Source of the DNA: an uncultured Alphaproteobacteria bacterium
Lineage (GTDB): Bacteria; Pseudomonadota; Alphaproteobacteria; Rs-D84
Assembly (NCBI GenBank): GCA_944392595.1
Contig: CALXXD010000005.1
Location: 3,104 to 67,103, forward strand
Direction of reading: 5' to 3'
DNA: 64,000 nt
The notes beneath the pieces were generated by a model that was given only the letters and a program-made list of their open reading frames with translations, did no database searches and was not told the DNA's origin. Each line of letters starts with the position of its first letter. The first letter of the stretch is position 1. Position numbers and translations under genes: made by a program. Shown in pieces: positions 44,269 to 52,998 of this stretch.

Positions 44269-45550
44269 ATTTTTTGTCGCCATTTAATTTTTTACGCAAC
44301 GCGTCCCAGTAATCCAACCGTTTTTTTATTTCGCGTTCAAATCCGCGCTCTATCGGATAATAAAATTTTTGTCGCGACATTGATTCAGGAAAACAATTTT
44401 GTCCTGAAAATCCAGATTCTGTGTTGGGTTCATAAATGTATCCTGCGCCGTATCCCATGTCGCGCATCATGCGCGTTGGGGCATTCAGAATGTTTTTCGG
44501 GGGCATTAAACTGCCCGTTTCGCGGGCGGTACGATATGCCGCAGTTTGTGCGCGATAATTTGCCGTGCTTTTTGGTGCAGTGCCCAAGTATATTACAAGT
44601 TCGGTTAATGCCAGGTCGCCTTCGGGGCTGCCCATGCGTTCATAAACCTGCCAGGCGGCCAGGGCAATTTGCATCGCGTTCGGATCTGCCAGACCAATAT
44701 CCTCCATCGCGAAACGTGTCAGACGTCGGAACAAATACATCGGATCTTGGCCCGATGTCATCATACGCGCGGTCCAATACAGCGCGGCGTCTGTATCGCT
44801 GGCGCGCAGGGATTTATGTACCGCAGATATTAAATTATAATGTTCATCGCCCGTTTTATCCGACAAAGGCGCGCGTTTCTGTATCGCGCGGTCCAATGCG
44901 TCCGGCGTTAATGTTTTTTTGAAATTCGCATTCGACAGGTATTCAATCGTGTTTAATAAAAATCTTGCGTCGCCGTCCGCCATCTGGGCCAGATGCAATC
45001 GTGCGTCTGAATCCAATGGTAATTTTTTATCCAAAAATTTTTCAGCGCGTGTTATCAGCGTCATTAAATCTTCGGTGGATAATGGTTGCAGCACGCCAAC
45101 GTGGCAACGCGACAGCAAAGCGTTGTTCAAATTAAAACTGGGGTTTTCAGTTGTTGCGCCCATAAATACGACGGTGCCATCCTCTAAATAAGGCAATAAT
45201 GTATCTTGCTGGGTTTTATTAAATCTGTGAATTTCGTCGATGAACAGCAAAGTTCCGCGGCCGATTTCACGGCTCATACGCGCGGCCTCCATCGCTTTTT
45301 TTATATCGGCGGTGCCCGAAAATACTGCGGACATAGGTACGAAATCCATATCGACTGATTTTGCCAGTGCGCGTGCGATGGTTGTTTTTCCGCATCCCGG
45401 CGGGCCCCATAAAATCAAATTTGATAATTTATGATTATCAACCATTCGACGAACCAAACCGTTTTCGCCCAATAATTGCGGCTGACCCACGATTTCATCG
45501 ATTGTCGTGGGACGCATTAAATCTGCAAGGGGTCTGTTTTCAGATTGCAT
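44267..45550 (-). CDS. rarA: replication-associated recombination protein A (AAA+ ATPase)
   Basis: LADLMRPTTIDEIVGQ...LILWGPPGCGKTTIA...LFIDEIHRFNK. Confidence 0.9.
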   Translation of the reverse strand: MQSENRPLADLMRPTTIDEIVGQPQLLGENGLVRRMVDNHKLSNLILWGPPGCGKTTIARALAKSVDMDFVPMSAVFSGTADIKKAMEAARMSREIGRGTLLFIDEIHRFNKTQQDTLLPYLEDGTVVFMGATTENPSFNLNNALLSRCHVGVLQPLSTEDLMTLITRAEKFLDKKLPLDSDARLHLAQMADGDARFLLNTIEYLSNANFKKTLTPDALDRAIQKRAPLSDKTGDEHYNLISAVHKSLRASDTDAALYWTARMMTSGQDPMYLFRRLTRFAMEDIGLADPNAMQIALAAWQVYERMGSPEGDLALTELVIYLGTAPKSTANYRAQTAAYRTARETGSLMPPKNILNAPTRMMRDMGYGAGYIYEPNTESGFSGQNCFPESMSRQKFYYPIERGFEREIKKRLDYWDALRKKLNGDKK

Positions 45551-45590
45551 ATTTGTTCGTTTTACTTTGGTTTTATTTGACCTTTATTTG

Positions 45591-45599
45591 TGATATAAT
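45591..45599 (+). promoter_or_regulatory. extended -10 promoter box TGATATAAT
   Basis: TTGTGATATAAT lies 31 nt upstream of the TTG start at 45631. Confidence 0.5.
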
Positions 45600-45630
45600 G
45601 GATTTTAGTAAATAAGATGGGGATTTTCAA

Positions 45631-46005
45631 TTGGTAAGTGTGAATAAAGAATCGTCTGAATTTGCGTTGGCGGTGTCAAATTTGGCGGCTGCGGCGATGG
45701 CTGCAAATCCCGCGCTGTCCATGCAGGATGCCGTGCGGGCAGCACGTGAAAGTCTGCGCGGGGCATCCGTTACGCCGGCACAAATTGCGGCATCTGTTAC
45801 GCCCGATAAAATTCAATGTTTGGAAGATGGTACGTGGCATGTTATGTTGCGTCGGTATGTGTGGCGGAAATTTAATCTGACGCCCGCCCAGTATCGTGCA
45901 AAGTGGGGGCTGCCAATGGATTATCCGTTTGTTGCGCCGAATTATTCGTTACGTCGTTCGAAAATCGCCAAGAAAACCGGACTGGGCAAGAAAAGGGGAA
46001 AATAA
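45631..46005 (+). CDS. mucR: Ros/MucR family transcriptional regulator (zinc ligands largely substituted)
   Basis: LTPAQYRAKWGLPMDYPFVAPNYSLRRSKIAKKTGLG is the MucR C-terminal signature. The finger region reads CLEDGTWHVMLRRYVWRKF, where Ros has CLECG...H....H. Non-ATG (TTG) start as in the ORF track, 9 nt after GGGGA. Confidence 0.8.
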   Translation: MVSVNKESSEFALAVSNLAAAAMAANPALSMQDAVRAARESLRGASVTPAQIAASVTPDKIQCLEDGTWHVMLRRYVWRKFNLTPAQYRAKWGLPMDYPFVAPNYSLRRSKIAKKTGLGKKRGK

Positions 46006-47942
46006 TGGCTGAAAAATTTCAAAAAATTGTCGCAACGCCGGAACAAGCGGCCGCGAAATTGCGAAAGGTGATTGAAAGAATACGCCCGGCAAATTATGTT
46101 CGTGCGCGACGCGCAGAGCGGGATTTAGAGGGACTTAGTGGGCGACACGCAAAAATAAATGATGCCGCCGCAACCTTTGGGTTAAATACAGCAAAATGGA
46201 CGGCTTGGTTGGCGGCGGGTGGCGCGCAATTTTTATTGACTTTGGCGCGATGGATGACGATGGACAATGTGTTCCTGAGAAAGATGGAAAATCATTTTGC
46301 CGTGCAAAACGTTGGAAAAAACAAGCGCGGACGTCCCAAGATGATGTCAAGTTTTGCAAAAAAATATCCGAATTTTTCGGCGCATATACTGTGGTTGTTG
46401 GGGTTGGCCGCGGTCGCAGGTGGCGGTTATGTCGGGGGTGAAATTGTGCCCGAAAAAATTGCCCAGGTTAAAGAAAGGCAGGATGCGCGTGATGCAGAAC
46501 GCCAGGCCGAACAAGAAGCCCAGGGTACATATCGTGCGTTTTTGAATAAAATGCGTCCGATTACACCGTTTATGATTGCTGATTTGATTGCCAAAGAAGG
46601 TGTGCATTTGGATGAACATGGGCTGCATAAACCATACCTGGATTCCGGGGGCGTGCCAACAATAGGATTTGGATCAACTGTGTTAAAAGACGGCAGTCGG
46701 GTTACAATGGATACTGCGCCAATCACCACCGAAGAAGCATACGAATTGGCACGGTGGCATTTGGAAGAGGGTGAAACTTATTTCGTTCTGTATTGTTATG
46801 ACATTGGATTACAGAATGTTGATGTTAATACCACCAGTGAAGCGTTTGGTATGAGTTCGATTATATACAATGCGTATGCTGATATGATTGAAAAGCCAAA
46901 CGATAAAAATTATCAAAACAGATTTGGCGAATTAAGGAAACTGTTGGATGAATATGGGTATGCTGTGTCTGATGAACAAGTGCGACATGTGTTTGATAAA
47001 TATCCTGTTACAAATTTAACCAGTTTTGGGGATGCGTGGATAAGTGATTCTGATGCAAATATGATGGCTGATAAATTGGGTGAATTTTTGGCCGGGGGGC
47101 GCGGTCTGCAATGGCGGCGGTGGTTAGAGGCTGGATTACTGACCGGAAAGATAACGCCCCAGATGATGTTGGAATGTCCTGCGAATGGAATGTATGAATT
47201 TTACAAATATATGGGCAAAAAGAAGTCTGCATTTTTTACCGGTGCGGTTAATTCGCGCCAGGTTAATTTGGATACGTACGAAATATTCCAACAGTGGTTA
47301 AAAAATCCTGTGGATGAAAAGGGGCATTCACTGACAAAGTGGAACAAAGTTGGCGATTACATGCCGGGCGATATATTGGCGTATTGTCAAAGTGGCGAAT
47401 GCAAATTTGACAATAAAGATTTTAATAAGCATATCGATAAACGTAAAAAAGTAGAAGTGGAAACTTATACTTTGGGATATGATGCGCAGTATAAAAACGC
47501 AATCGCACAGTATAATGCGGGCGAATATGCGGGTGCGGCGCAATCTTTCCAAGATATGATAAAAAAATACCCGAACAATGCGCTGCTGCATAATGATTTG
47601 GCCGCGACTTATAACAAACTGGGGCAATATAATGATGCGGTACAACAGGCACGTGAAATACTGCATCGCATTGGGGATAAAAGCCAATATGCCGCGGCGC
47701 AATATAACGCAGGCGTCGCGTACGAGCAACTTGGCGATTATGACAGGGCGTTAATGAATTATAAATTATCCGTAAAAAATGGTAATTCGCGTGTGGCAAA
47801 TGATGTGGTGCGTGTGCAAAAAATGATAAGGGGCAAAACCATCGCGTTCCATGATGCGGCGGATAAATTAAATATGAATGATAAAACGTCTGGGGTCGAT
47901 ATAAATCAAGTCGTTAAACAATCTGGGCAAAAACGGGTATAG
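46005..47942 (+). CDS. membrane-anchored GH24 lysozyme-like protein with C-terminal TPR repeats
   Basis: The ATG at 46005 overlaps the mucR stop (TAATG). Two hydrophobic spans. KEGVHLDEHGLHKPYLDSGGVPTIGFGST resembles the E-x(n)-D-x5-T phage-lysozyme motif. The C-terminus has TPR-like YNAGEYAGAAQSFQDMIKKYPNN / YNKLGQYNDAVQQA / YEQLGDYDRALMNY. Confidence 0.6.
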   Translation: MAEKFQKIVATPEQAAAKLRKVIERIRPANYVRARRAERDLEGLSGRHAKINDAAATFGLNTAKWTAWLAAGGAQFLLTLARWMTMDNVFLRKMENHFAVQNVGKNKRGRPKMMSSFAKKYPNFSAHILWLLGLAAVAGGGYVGGEIVPEKIAQVKERQDARDAERQAEQEAQGTYRAFLNKMRPITPFMIADLIAKEGVHLDEHGLHKPYLDSGGVPTIGFGSTVLKDGSRVTMDTAPITTEEAYELARWHLEEGETYFVLYCYDIGLQNVDVNTTSEAFGMSSIIYNAYADMIEKPNDKNYQNRFGELRKLLDEYGYAVSDEQVRHVFDKYPVTNLTSFGDAWISDSDANMMADKLGEFLAGGRGLQWRRWLEAGLLTGKITPQMMLECPANGMYEFYKYMGKKKSAFFTGAVNSRQVNLDTYEIFQQWLKNPVDEKGHSLTKWNKVGDYMPGDILAYCQSGECKFDNKDFNKHIDKRKKVEVETYTLGYDAQYKNAIAQYNAGEYAGAAQSFQDMIKKYPNNALLHNDLAATYNKLGQYNDAVQQAREILHRIGDKSQYAAAQYNAGVAYEQLGDYDRALMNYKLSVKNGNSRVANDVVRVQKMIRGKTIAFHDAADKLNMNDKTSGVDINQVVKQSGQKRV

Positions 47943-47946
47943 CAAA

Positions 47947-49932
47947 ATGAAAGTATATGTAAATTATGATGATGCGCGTTGGCGCAAATATAAAATAGAT
48001 TTTGAACGTATCGCAAATGCGGCCGCTTTACGGTGTGCGCCCGATGCCGAGGTATCGATTATTTTAACCAATGATAAAAATATTCATAAATTAAATCGCG
48101 AATATCGCGGAATTGATCGGCCAACCAATGTATTATCGTTTGAATTGGGCGATGATATTTTGCTGGGGGATATTTATATATCTTTTGATACCGTCCAGCG
48201 CGAGGCGGCTGATGAAAAGATTTCAATTGCGGAACATACGGCGCACATGGTTGTGCATGGCGTATTACATTTACAGGGGTATGACCATATAAAAAATCGT
48301 GATGCAAAAAAAATGGAAAAGGCCGAGGTTGAAATCTTAAAAACTTTGGGAATAAAAAATCCCTATGCGCCGGAATCATGCGCATACGCGTGTCCTGGGG
48401 GTGAAATTTTATCGTTTTTTTATCGCATAAAAATTCGTCCGAATGGTGTTGCGCAATACTTAATTATGGCTTTGTTGGGGGCGGTATCTGCGCTGGGGTT
48501 TGCACCGTTTAATTTATGGTGGGTAACCGTTATTGCGATTGGATTGGCGTATTGGTTAATTGTGCGCGCCGCACCACGTAATGTATGGCGGGCATTTTTG
48601 CAAATTTTACCATTCAGTGCGGTATATGCGGTGGCTATGTTTTGGTGGGTGACAAATTCGATATATGTTGTGCCTGAATTGGCGGCGCAATTTGCAATTT
48701 GGACGGTGCCTGCGTTAATCGGTATTGGAATTTTGGGTGGTATCATTTTTGCAATTCCGTTTGTCGTGGCATCGCGTATATGCACGTTTCCGGCGCACAG
48801 GGCGATTTTGTTCGCTGCATCTTGGACAATTGTTTTGTGGTTGCGCGAATGGTTGCTGACCGGTTTTCCGTGGAATCCGATTGCAAATATCACCATGACA
48901 ATGCCGATTGTTGCGAACGCTATGTCGCTGTGGGGGGCGTTGGGCGCAACGTTTGTAATTATCGGTTTGATTGCGTCCGTGGTTGAATTATTAACAAATC
49001 GTCGTGACAGACATGTTTTGGGCGTTTTTATTGTTTTTTGTATCTTGATGTGTGTTGGGCTGATATACGGATATAAAAATATTCACATGTCCCATCGCGC
49101 AAATAATGCAAGTCCGGTTATTCGTATTGTGCAACCCGCGCGCAGTGCAGTGCAAAAGGCAACGCATTCACGGGCGGATGCAGTGCGTAATGCAAATGAA
49201 AATGTGCGTATAATGGCCAAAATTGCGAATGCACCGGGGAATCCAGATATTATCGTTTTCCCCGAGACTTCATATCCATTTGTGATTGTTGATGGCGATA
49301 ATATGCCGTTGGGACAAATATTGGGACGCGATGTTATCGTTGGCGTTAATTCTTTTTCAGATGGTAAATTATATAACTCGATGGTGGTGGCGTCGCCCAA
49401 TGGCGCGATTGATACCATATACAGCAAATCGCACCTTGTGCCGTTTGGTGAATATCGACCGTTTGGTGACATTATTCCAACGCCCGGCCAGTTATCGCGT
49501 GGTGCGGGGCCAACAATTATAAGCGTTGGTGATTTTTCGTTTGCGCCCGCGATATGTTACGAAATTATATTTTCAGATTCTTTGGTGCCGCGCGATGCAA
49601 TGCCGGATGCAATTATAAATATCACAAATGATACTTGGTTTGGTGCGACGCCTGGTACGTATCAACATTTGGATATGGTGCGGCGGTATGCGATTGAATC
49701 AGGTTTGCCAATCGTGCGCGCCAATTATTCGGGCATAAGTGCATTTGTTGCGCCCGATGGGGCGGTGTCCGGCGAAATCGGAATTGGGGACGCGGGGTAT
49801 TCAGATGGCGTTGTGATGGGCGCACATATTACGCCATATCGCGCAATTGGGCGTGATGGGTGGATGATTATTATATTGCTGTTTTCGTGTATATGCACGT
49901 TTGTGCCGGGGGCGACGAAAAAACGTAAATAA
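47947..49932 (+). CDS. single ORF fusing rRNA maturation RNase YbeY (aa 1 to about 150) to apolipoprotein N-acyltransferase Lnt (aa about 165-661)
   Basis: YbeY: TNVLSFE...HMVVHGVLHLQGYDH. Lnt: a multi-TM N-terminal part, then the E-K-C triad contexts IIVFPETSYPF, YSKSHLVPFGEY and APAICYEIIF. There is no stop codon and no plausible in-frame restart between the two parts. Confidence 0.8.
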   Translation: MKVYVNYDDARWRKYKIDFERIANAAALRCAPDAEVSIILTNDKNIHKLNREYRGIDRPTNVLSFELGDDILLGDIYISFDTVQREAADEKISIAEHTAHMVVHGVLHLQGYDHIKNRDAKKMEKAEVEILKTLGIKNPYAPESCAYACPGGEILSFFYRIKIRPNGVAQYLIMALLGAVSALGFAPFNLWWVTVIAIGLAYWLIVRAAPRNVWRAFLQILPFSAVYAVAMFWWVTNSIYVVPELAAQFAIWTVPALIGIGILGGIIFAIPFVVASRICTFPAHRAILFAASWTIVLWLREWLLTGFPWNPIANITMTMPIVANAMSLWGALGATFVIIGLIASVVELLTNRRDRHVLGVFIVFCILMCVGLIYGYKNIHMSHRANNASPVIRIVQPARSAVQKATHSRADAVRNANENVRIMAKIANAPGNPDIIVFPETSYPFVIVDGDNMPLGQILGRDVIVGVNSFSDGKLYNSMVVASPNGAIDTIYSKSHLVPFGEYRPFGDIIPTPGQLSRGAGPTIISVGDFSFAPAICYEIIFSDSLVPRDAMPDAIINITNDTWFGATPGTYQHLDMVRRYAIESGLPIVRANYSGISAFVAPDGAVSGEIGIGDAGYSDGVVMGAHITPYRAIGRDGWMIIILLFSCICTFVPGATKKRK

Positions 49933-49961
49933 AAAATCGCCACATTATGTGGCGATTTTTT
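49933..49961. terminator. bidirectional rho-independent terminator
   Basis: AAAAAATCGCCACA-TTA-TGTGGCGATTTTTT. A near-identical copy lies at 22560. Confidence 0.8.
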
Positions 49962-49978
49962 ATTTGTTGCCGCGCATA

Positions 49979-50776
49979 TCAGAACATATAACGCGCGCCC
50001 AATTTTACTTCGTGTGCATAGACGAATTCGCCGCCAACTGTTGCTGAATTAAAGCGGTATCCCAAATCCAGCACCCAATCTTCGTCAAAGTTGTATGCAA
50101 CACCGGCGCTGACCTGCCATTCAAAGCGGTACAATGTATCATCGGCAACTGTCATTTCGCGTTCAAATTGTTGCACCATAGGCAGCATATGTTGTCCTAT
50201 AGGCTGATTTAAAGCCAAGAATTTTTCTTCTTCTATGTCTATATCAACAATTGCCTTTTGGTGATATACGCCCAATCCGATACCTGCACCGACGTATGGT
50301 GTCCAACGTGTGCCAAAGTCAAAATCATAGAACATATTGAACAGGTATGAATTATGACGCACTGTTGTTGCTGTTTCGATTTCAAGTGGAAGTACGATTT
50401 GATCAAACAGGTCACCTTGGATGTTGATATTTCCATCGAAAATATTATAGTCGTCTTCGGATGCGCTGCGGATAGCGACTTCTGCTTCCAGTCTGACGTT
50501 GTCAATTTTTACACCTGCGGTAATTTCACCCGCGAACGCCATATCAAAATCCATATTACTGCCTGCGTTCGGCAAAAATGCAGATCCCATAGCAGTTTGA
50601 ATGTTGTCCATGGTCAAGTTGTTCAGATTGCTTCTGTCAAAAGCAACGCGTTTTGCGGATGTGTTGGCCTTATCAACGACGATGCCCAATCCAACGTATG
50701 GTGTGATTTCATACGCAAATGCAGATGGCGCAAACATCAACGCCGCCATAAATAATGCGATTTTTGTTGTTTTCAT
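49979..50776 (-). CDS. outer-membrane beta-barrel protein (OmpA-like 8-strand / porin-family, hypothetical)
   Basis: Signal peptide ...APSAFA/YE, C-terminal ...KLGARYMF. Confidence 0.65.
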   Translation of the reverse strand: MKTTKIALFMAALMFAPSAFAYEITPYVGLGIVVDKANTSAKRVAFDRSNLNNLTMDNIQTAMGSAFLPNAGSNMDFDMAFAGEITAGVKIDNVRLEAEVAIRSASEDDYNIFDGNINIQGDLFDQIVLPLEIETATTVRHNSYLFNMFYDFDFGTRWTPYVGAGIGLGVYHQKAIVDIDIEEEKFLALNQPIGQHMLPMVQQFEREMTVADDTLYRFEWQVSAGVAYNFDEDWVLDLGYRFNSATVGGEFVYAHEVKLGARYMF

Positions 50777-50878
50777 TGTGTATTCCTTTTGTTATTTTGG
50801 ATGTTAATACCTATGAAAACTATCCCATCTGGGCGAATAAGTCAATAAAAAAACAAGAGTTTTTAACTGTTGTACGGG

Positions 50879-51085
50879 TTAATTACGTTTGTATTGCTGT
50901 AAAATCCAAACGCGAATTGCGGCGGATAAATTTGTGCCTGGGGTGCGGTTGTTGTCAATGTGTTCAATAATCGACGCAATCGATTTATTTTGCGCGCGTG
51001 CCAATTCATGCAATGCGTCGATAAATTCCGGTTCCAGCGAAATACTGGTTTGATGTCCCGATAAAGATACTGATATTTTTTTCAT
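50879..51085 (-). CDS. ribbon-helix-helix (RHH_4-like) protein
   Basis: MKKISVSLSGHQTSISLEPEFIDALHELA...SIASIIEHID follows the alphaproteobacterial RHH_4 pattern. Its start lies 2 nt after the upstream stop. Confidence 0.6.
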   Translation of the reverse strand: MKKISVSLSGHQTSISLEPEFIDALHELARAQNKSIASIIEHIDNNRTPGTNLSAAIRVWILQQYKRN

Positions 51086-51087
51086 GT

Positions 51088-51522
51088 TTATAATTTTCCC
51101 GCAACCAAGCAATCTGTCATTGCGCGATATGCATCATCATACTGGCGCAGGCAATTCAAATTTGTGTTGTCCAACATAAAGCAATTGCCAAACGCATCAA
51201 ATGCAAACCAAAATAAATCATTACGACCAAATACCGTTTTGCCGCGCAATTTTGGAAATCCAGTCAGGCCCGCGTTTATTTCAACCAATGAAGGCATTGG
51301 GTATTTTGTGCCGCGTTTAACCTGGGTCGGGCCGAATATGTATCCAGATCCCAAATTCATCGCGCTGCATTGTGTATAAAAATCAATCATAAATTTTGGC
51401 AATGTTGCAACACGCATATTTTGCAATGTTGAATTTGCAATTGCGATTGCACGCGGGTCTGCGCCCGGTGCAAGCATTGCGCCGTGTGATTTCATTTGTA
51501 ATATAAATTCGTCACAGTTCAT
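51088..51522 (-). CDS. hypothetical protein, SUKH/SMI1-KNR4-like by pattern
   Basis: 144 aa. ...LPKFMIDFYTQCSAMNLGSGYIFGP...FGRNDLFWFAFDAFGNCFMLD...YDDAYRAM resembles the SUKH immunity-protein layout. This is memory-based and weak. Confidence 0.35.
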   Translation of the reverse strand: MNCDEFILQMKSHGAMLAPGADPRAIAIANSTLQNMRVATLPKFMIDFYTQCSAMNLGSGYIFGPTQVKRGTKYPMPSLVEINAGLTGFPKLRGKTVFGRNDLFWFAFDAFGNCFMLDNTNLNCLRQYDDAYRAMTDCLVAGKL

Positions 51523-52032
51523 TTATTGCCCCATTGAACGCGCCGCAACAATTTGCGCGGCAATTTGACTTAATCGGTCGGATGTGGCGTTGCCGCCGTC
51601 TGCGCCCGCGATGTTGTGGCCGGGTACGTATATCTTGCGCGACGGGTTGGGTAACCATACGGTTTGTGCGTCGCTTTGTGCGATTATGAATTCATCCAGA
51701 CGTTGGGAATTTGGAAACGTATTGCACATAAATAAATTATCCAATTCCAGTTTCCCACCCCATGTTAATGGCACGCGGAATCGTATGGATAAATTTTGTG
51801 GTACTGAATTGCCCATAATCAGGCCCATAAATTCGTCGGTCGTTAAATTCATTAACGCCAATTCATCGACTGAATCAGTCAAAGATTGTGTAAATTCATG
51901 GCACAGTTTTTTATATTTTGTAAACCAGTCTGACGTGACCACCGTGGGGGTGGGGTGCAATTCCATCACCGGCATATCGCCCATATTAAAATCATGCAAA
52001 CGTTGTTCAGCAGATTCACGTGTTAATTGCAT
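51523..52032 (-). CDS. hypothetical protein (possible degenerate HNH-like core)
   Basis: 169 aa. FRVPLTWGGKLELDNLFMCNTFPNS is reminiscent of H-x-[IV]-P-x4-GG-x5-N-L-x3-C of HNH folds, but the His residues are missing. Start and stop are contiguous with the neighbouring genes. Confidence 0.3.
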   Translation of the reverse strand: MQLTRESAEQRLHDFNMGDMPVMELHPTPTVVTSDWFTKYKKLCHEFTQSLTDSVDELALMNLTTDEFMGLIMGNSVPQNLSIRFRVPLTWGGKLELDNLFMCNTFPNSQRLDEFIIAQSDAQTVWLPNPSRKIYVPGHNIAGADGGNATSDRLSQIAAQIVAARSMGQ

Positions 52033-52955
52033 TAAATTTTGCCTATGTGGTTAATTACTGCATCTATGTATTCTGAAAACGCGTCGAACATGCCATCGTC
52101 ATCGTCAGGCAATGGCGGGTTCGGGTTTTCATTTATATATTCGCGCAGCGCGGCCGGTGTGTCAAACATTAATATGTCTGTGAATTCAGATGTCGCCGCA
52201 TCGGGCGCAGCAATTGCAAATCCGTGTATGTCAATTTCCGTTTCGTCCAATGTGTCGGTAAAAATTTGATTAAATTTGTCGATTATTGCGCGAACCGCGG
52301 TTGTTGCAACGCCGACGCAGCCAATCCACATGACTTCGTTCGTGCCGATTGCCACCAGTGCAGTTTGAACACCATTTACACGTGGGGTGGGTTTGATTGT
52401 GTATCCCGCGCTTTTAAATATTTCACGTAATTCGGGCCAATCGGACGATGGTGCGCTTTGCGGTGTGGGCGAAGGTTGTGGTGCCGTTTGGGTCGGGGTG
52501 GGCGACGGCGGCATTACCGGATGTGATGGAATTGGTATATTCAATCGCGGTGGTCGCGCAGTGGCCGATGGCGCGGGATTCCCAGGCGCAGGTTTCATGG
52601 TTGCAGGCTGCATTTCGGCCGGTAAAATGTCAATCGTCGATGCCGCATTGTTTTGTTGAAAAGCGATATTTTGTGGCGTGGTTGCAGTCTGGGCGACAGG
52701 CAATTTGATACGGCGACGGCGTGGGCGGACAATTAAATACAAACCAAATATTGTTATAAATATTACCGCCGCAACAGATATATAGAATGCGGGTTTAATC
52801 GGGTTTTGGGATGCCTGCATTGACGCGACATATCCCCAATGTGTGGATGAAAATATGTCAAAACCAAATGCGATATTAAACCAAAAACAAGTCCCCAGTG
52901 TTACCACCAGTAACCATAAAAACGATAATAATATATTGTCAAAACGTATTCTCAT
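52032..52955 (-). CDS. hypothetical membrane protein (2 TM, Pro/Thr/Gln-rich linker, about 130-aa C-terminal globular domain)
   Basis: LLSFLWLLVVTLGTCFWFNIAF and FYISVAAVIFITIFGLYLIV, followed by RPRRRRIK. Low-complexity PAPSATARPP...PSPTPTQTAPQPSPTPQSAPSS. Its stop overlaps the next ATG (TAATG). Confidence 0.5.
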   Translation of the reverse strand: MRIRFDNILLSFLWLLVVTLGTCFWFNIAFGFDIFSSTHWGYVASMQASQNPIKPAFYISVAAVIFITIFGLYLIVRPRRRRIKLPVAQTATTPQNIAFQQNNAASTIDILPAEMQPATMKPAPGNPAPSATARPPRLNIPIPSHPVMPPSPTPTQTAPQPSPTPQSAPSSDWPELREIFKSAGYTIKPTPRVNGVQTALVAIGTNEVMWIGCVGVATTAVRAIIDKFNQIFTDTLDETEIDIHGFAIAAPDAATSEFTDILMFDTPAALREYINENPNPPLPDDDDGMFDAFSEYIDAVINHIGKI

Positions 52956-52964
52956 TTGGCTTTT

Positions 52965-52973
52965 ATTATATCA
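52965..52973 (-). promoter_or_regulatory. extended -10 promoter box TGATATAAT (near-leaderless operon transcript)
   Basis: The minus strand reads AAATATGATATAAT-AAAAGCCAA-ATG, which puts 9 nt before the start at 52955. Confidence 0.5.
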
Positions 52974-52998
52974 TATTTGTGATAAAGTATAAAGGGTA

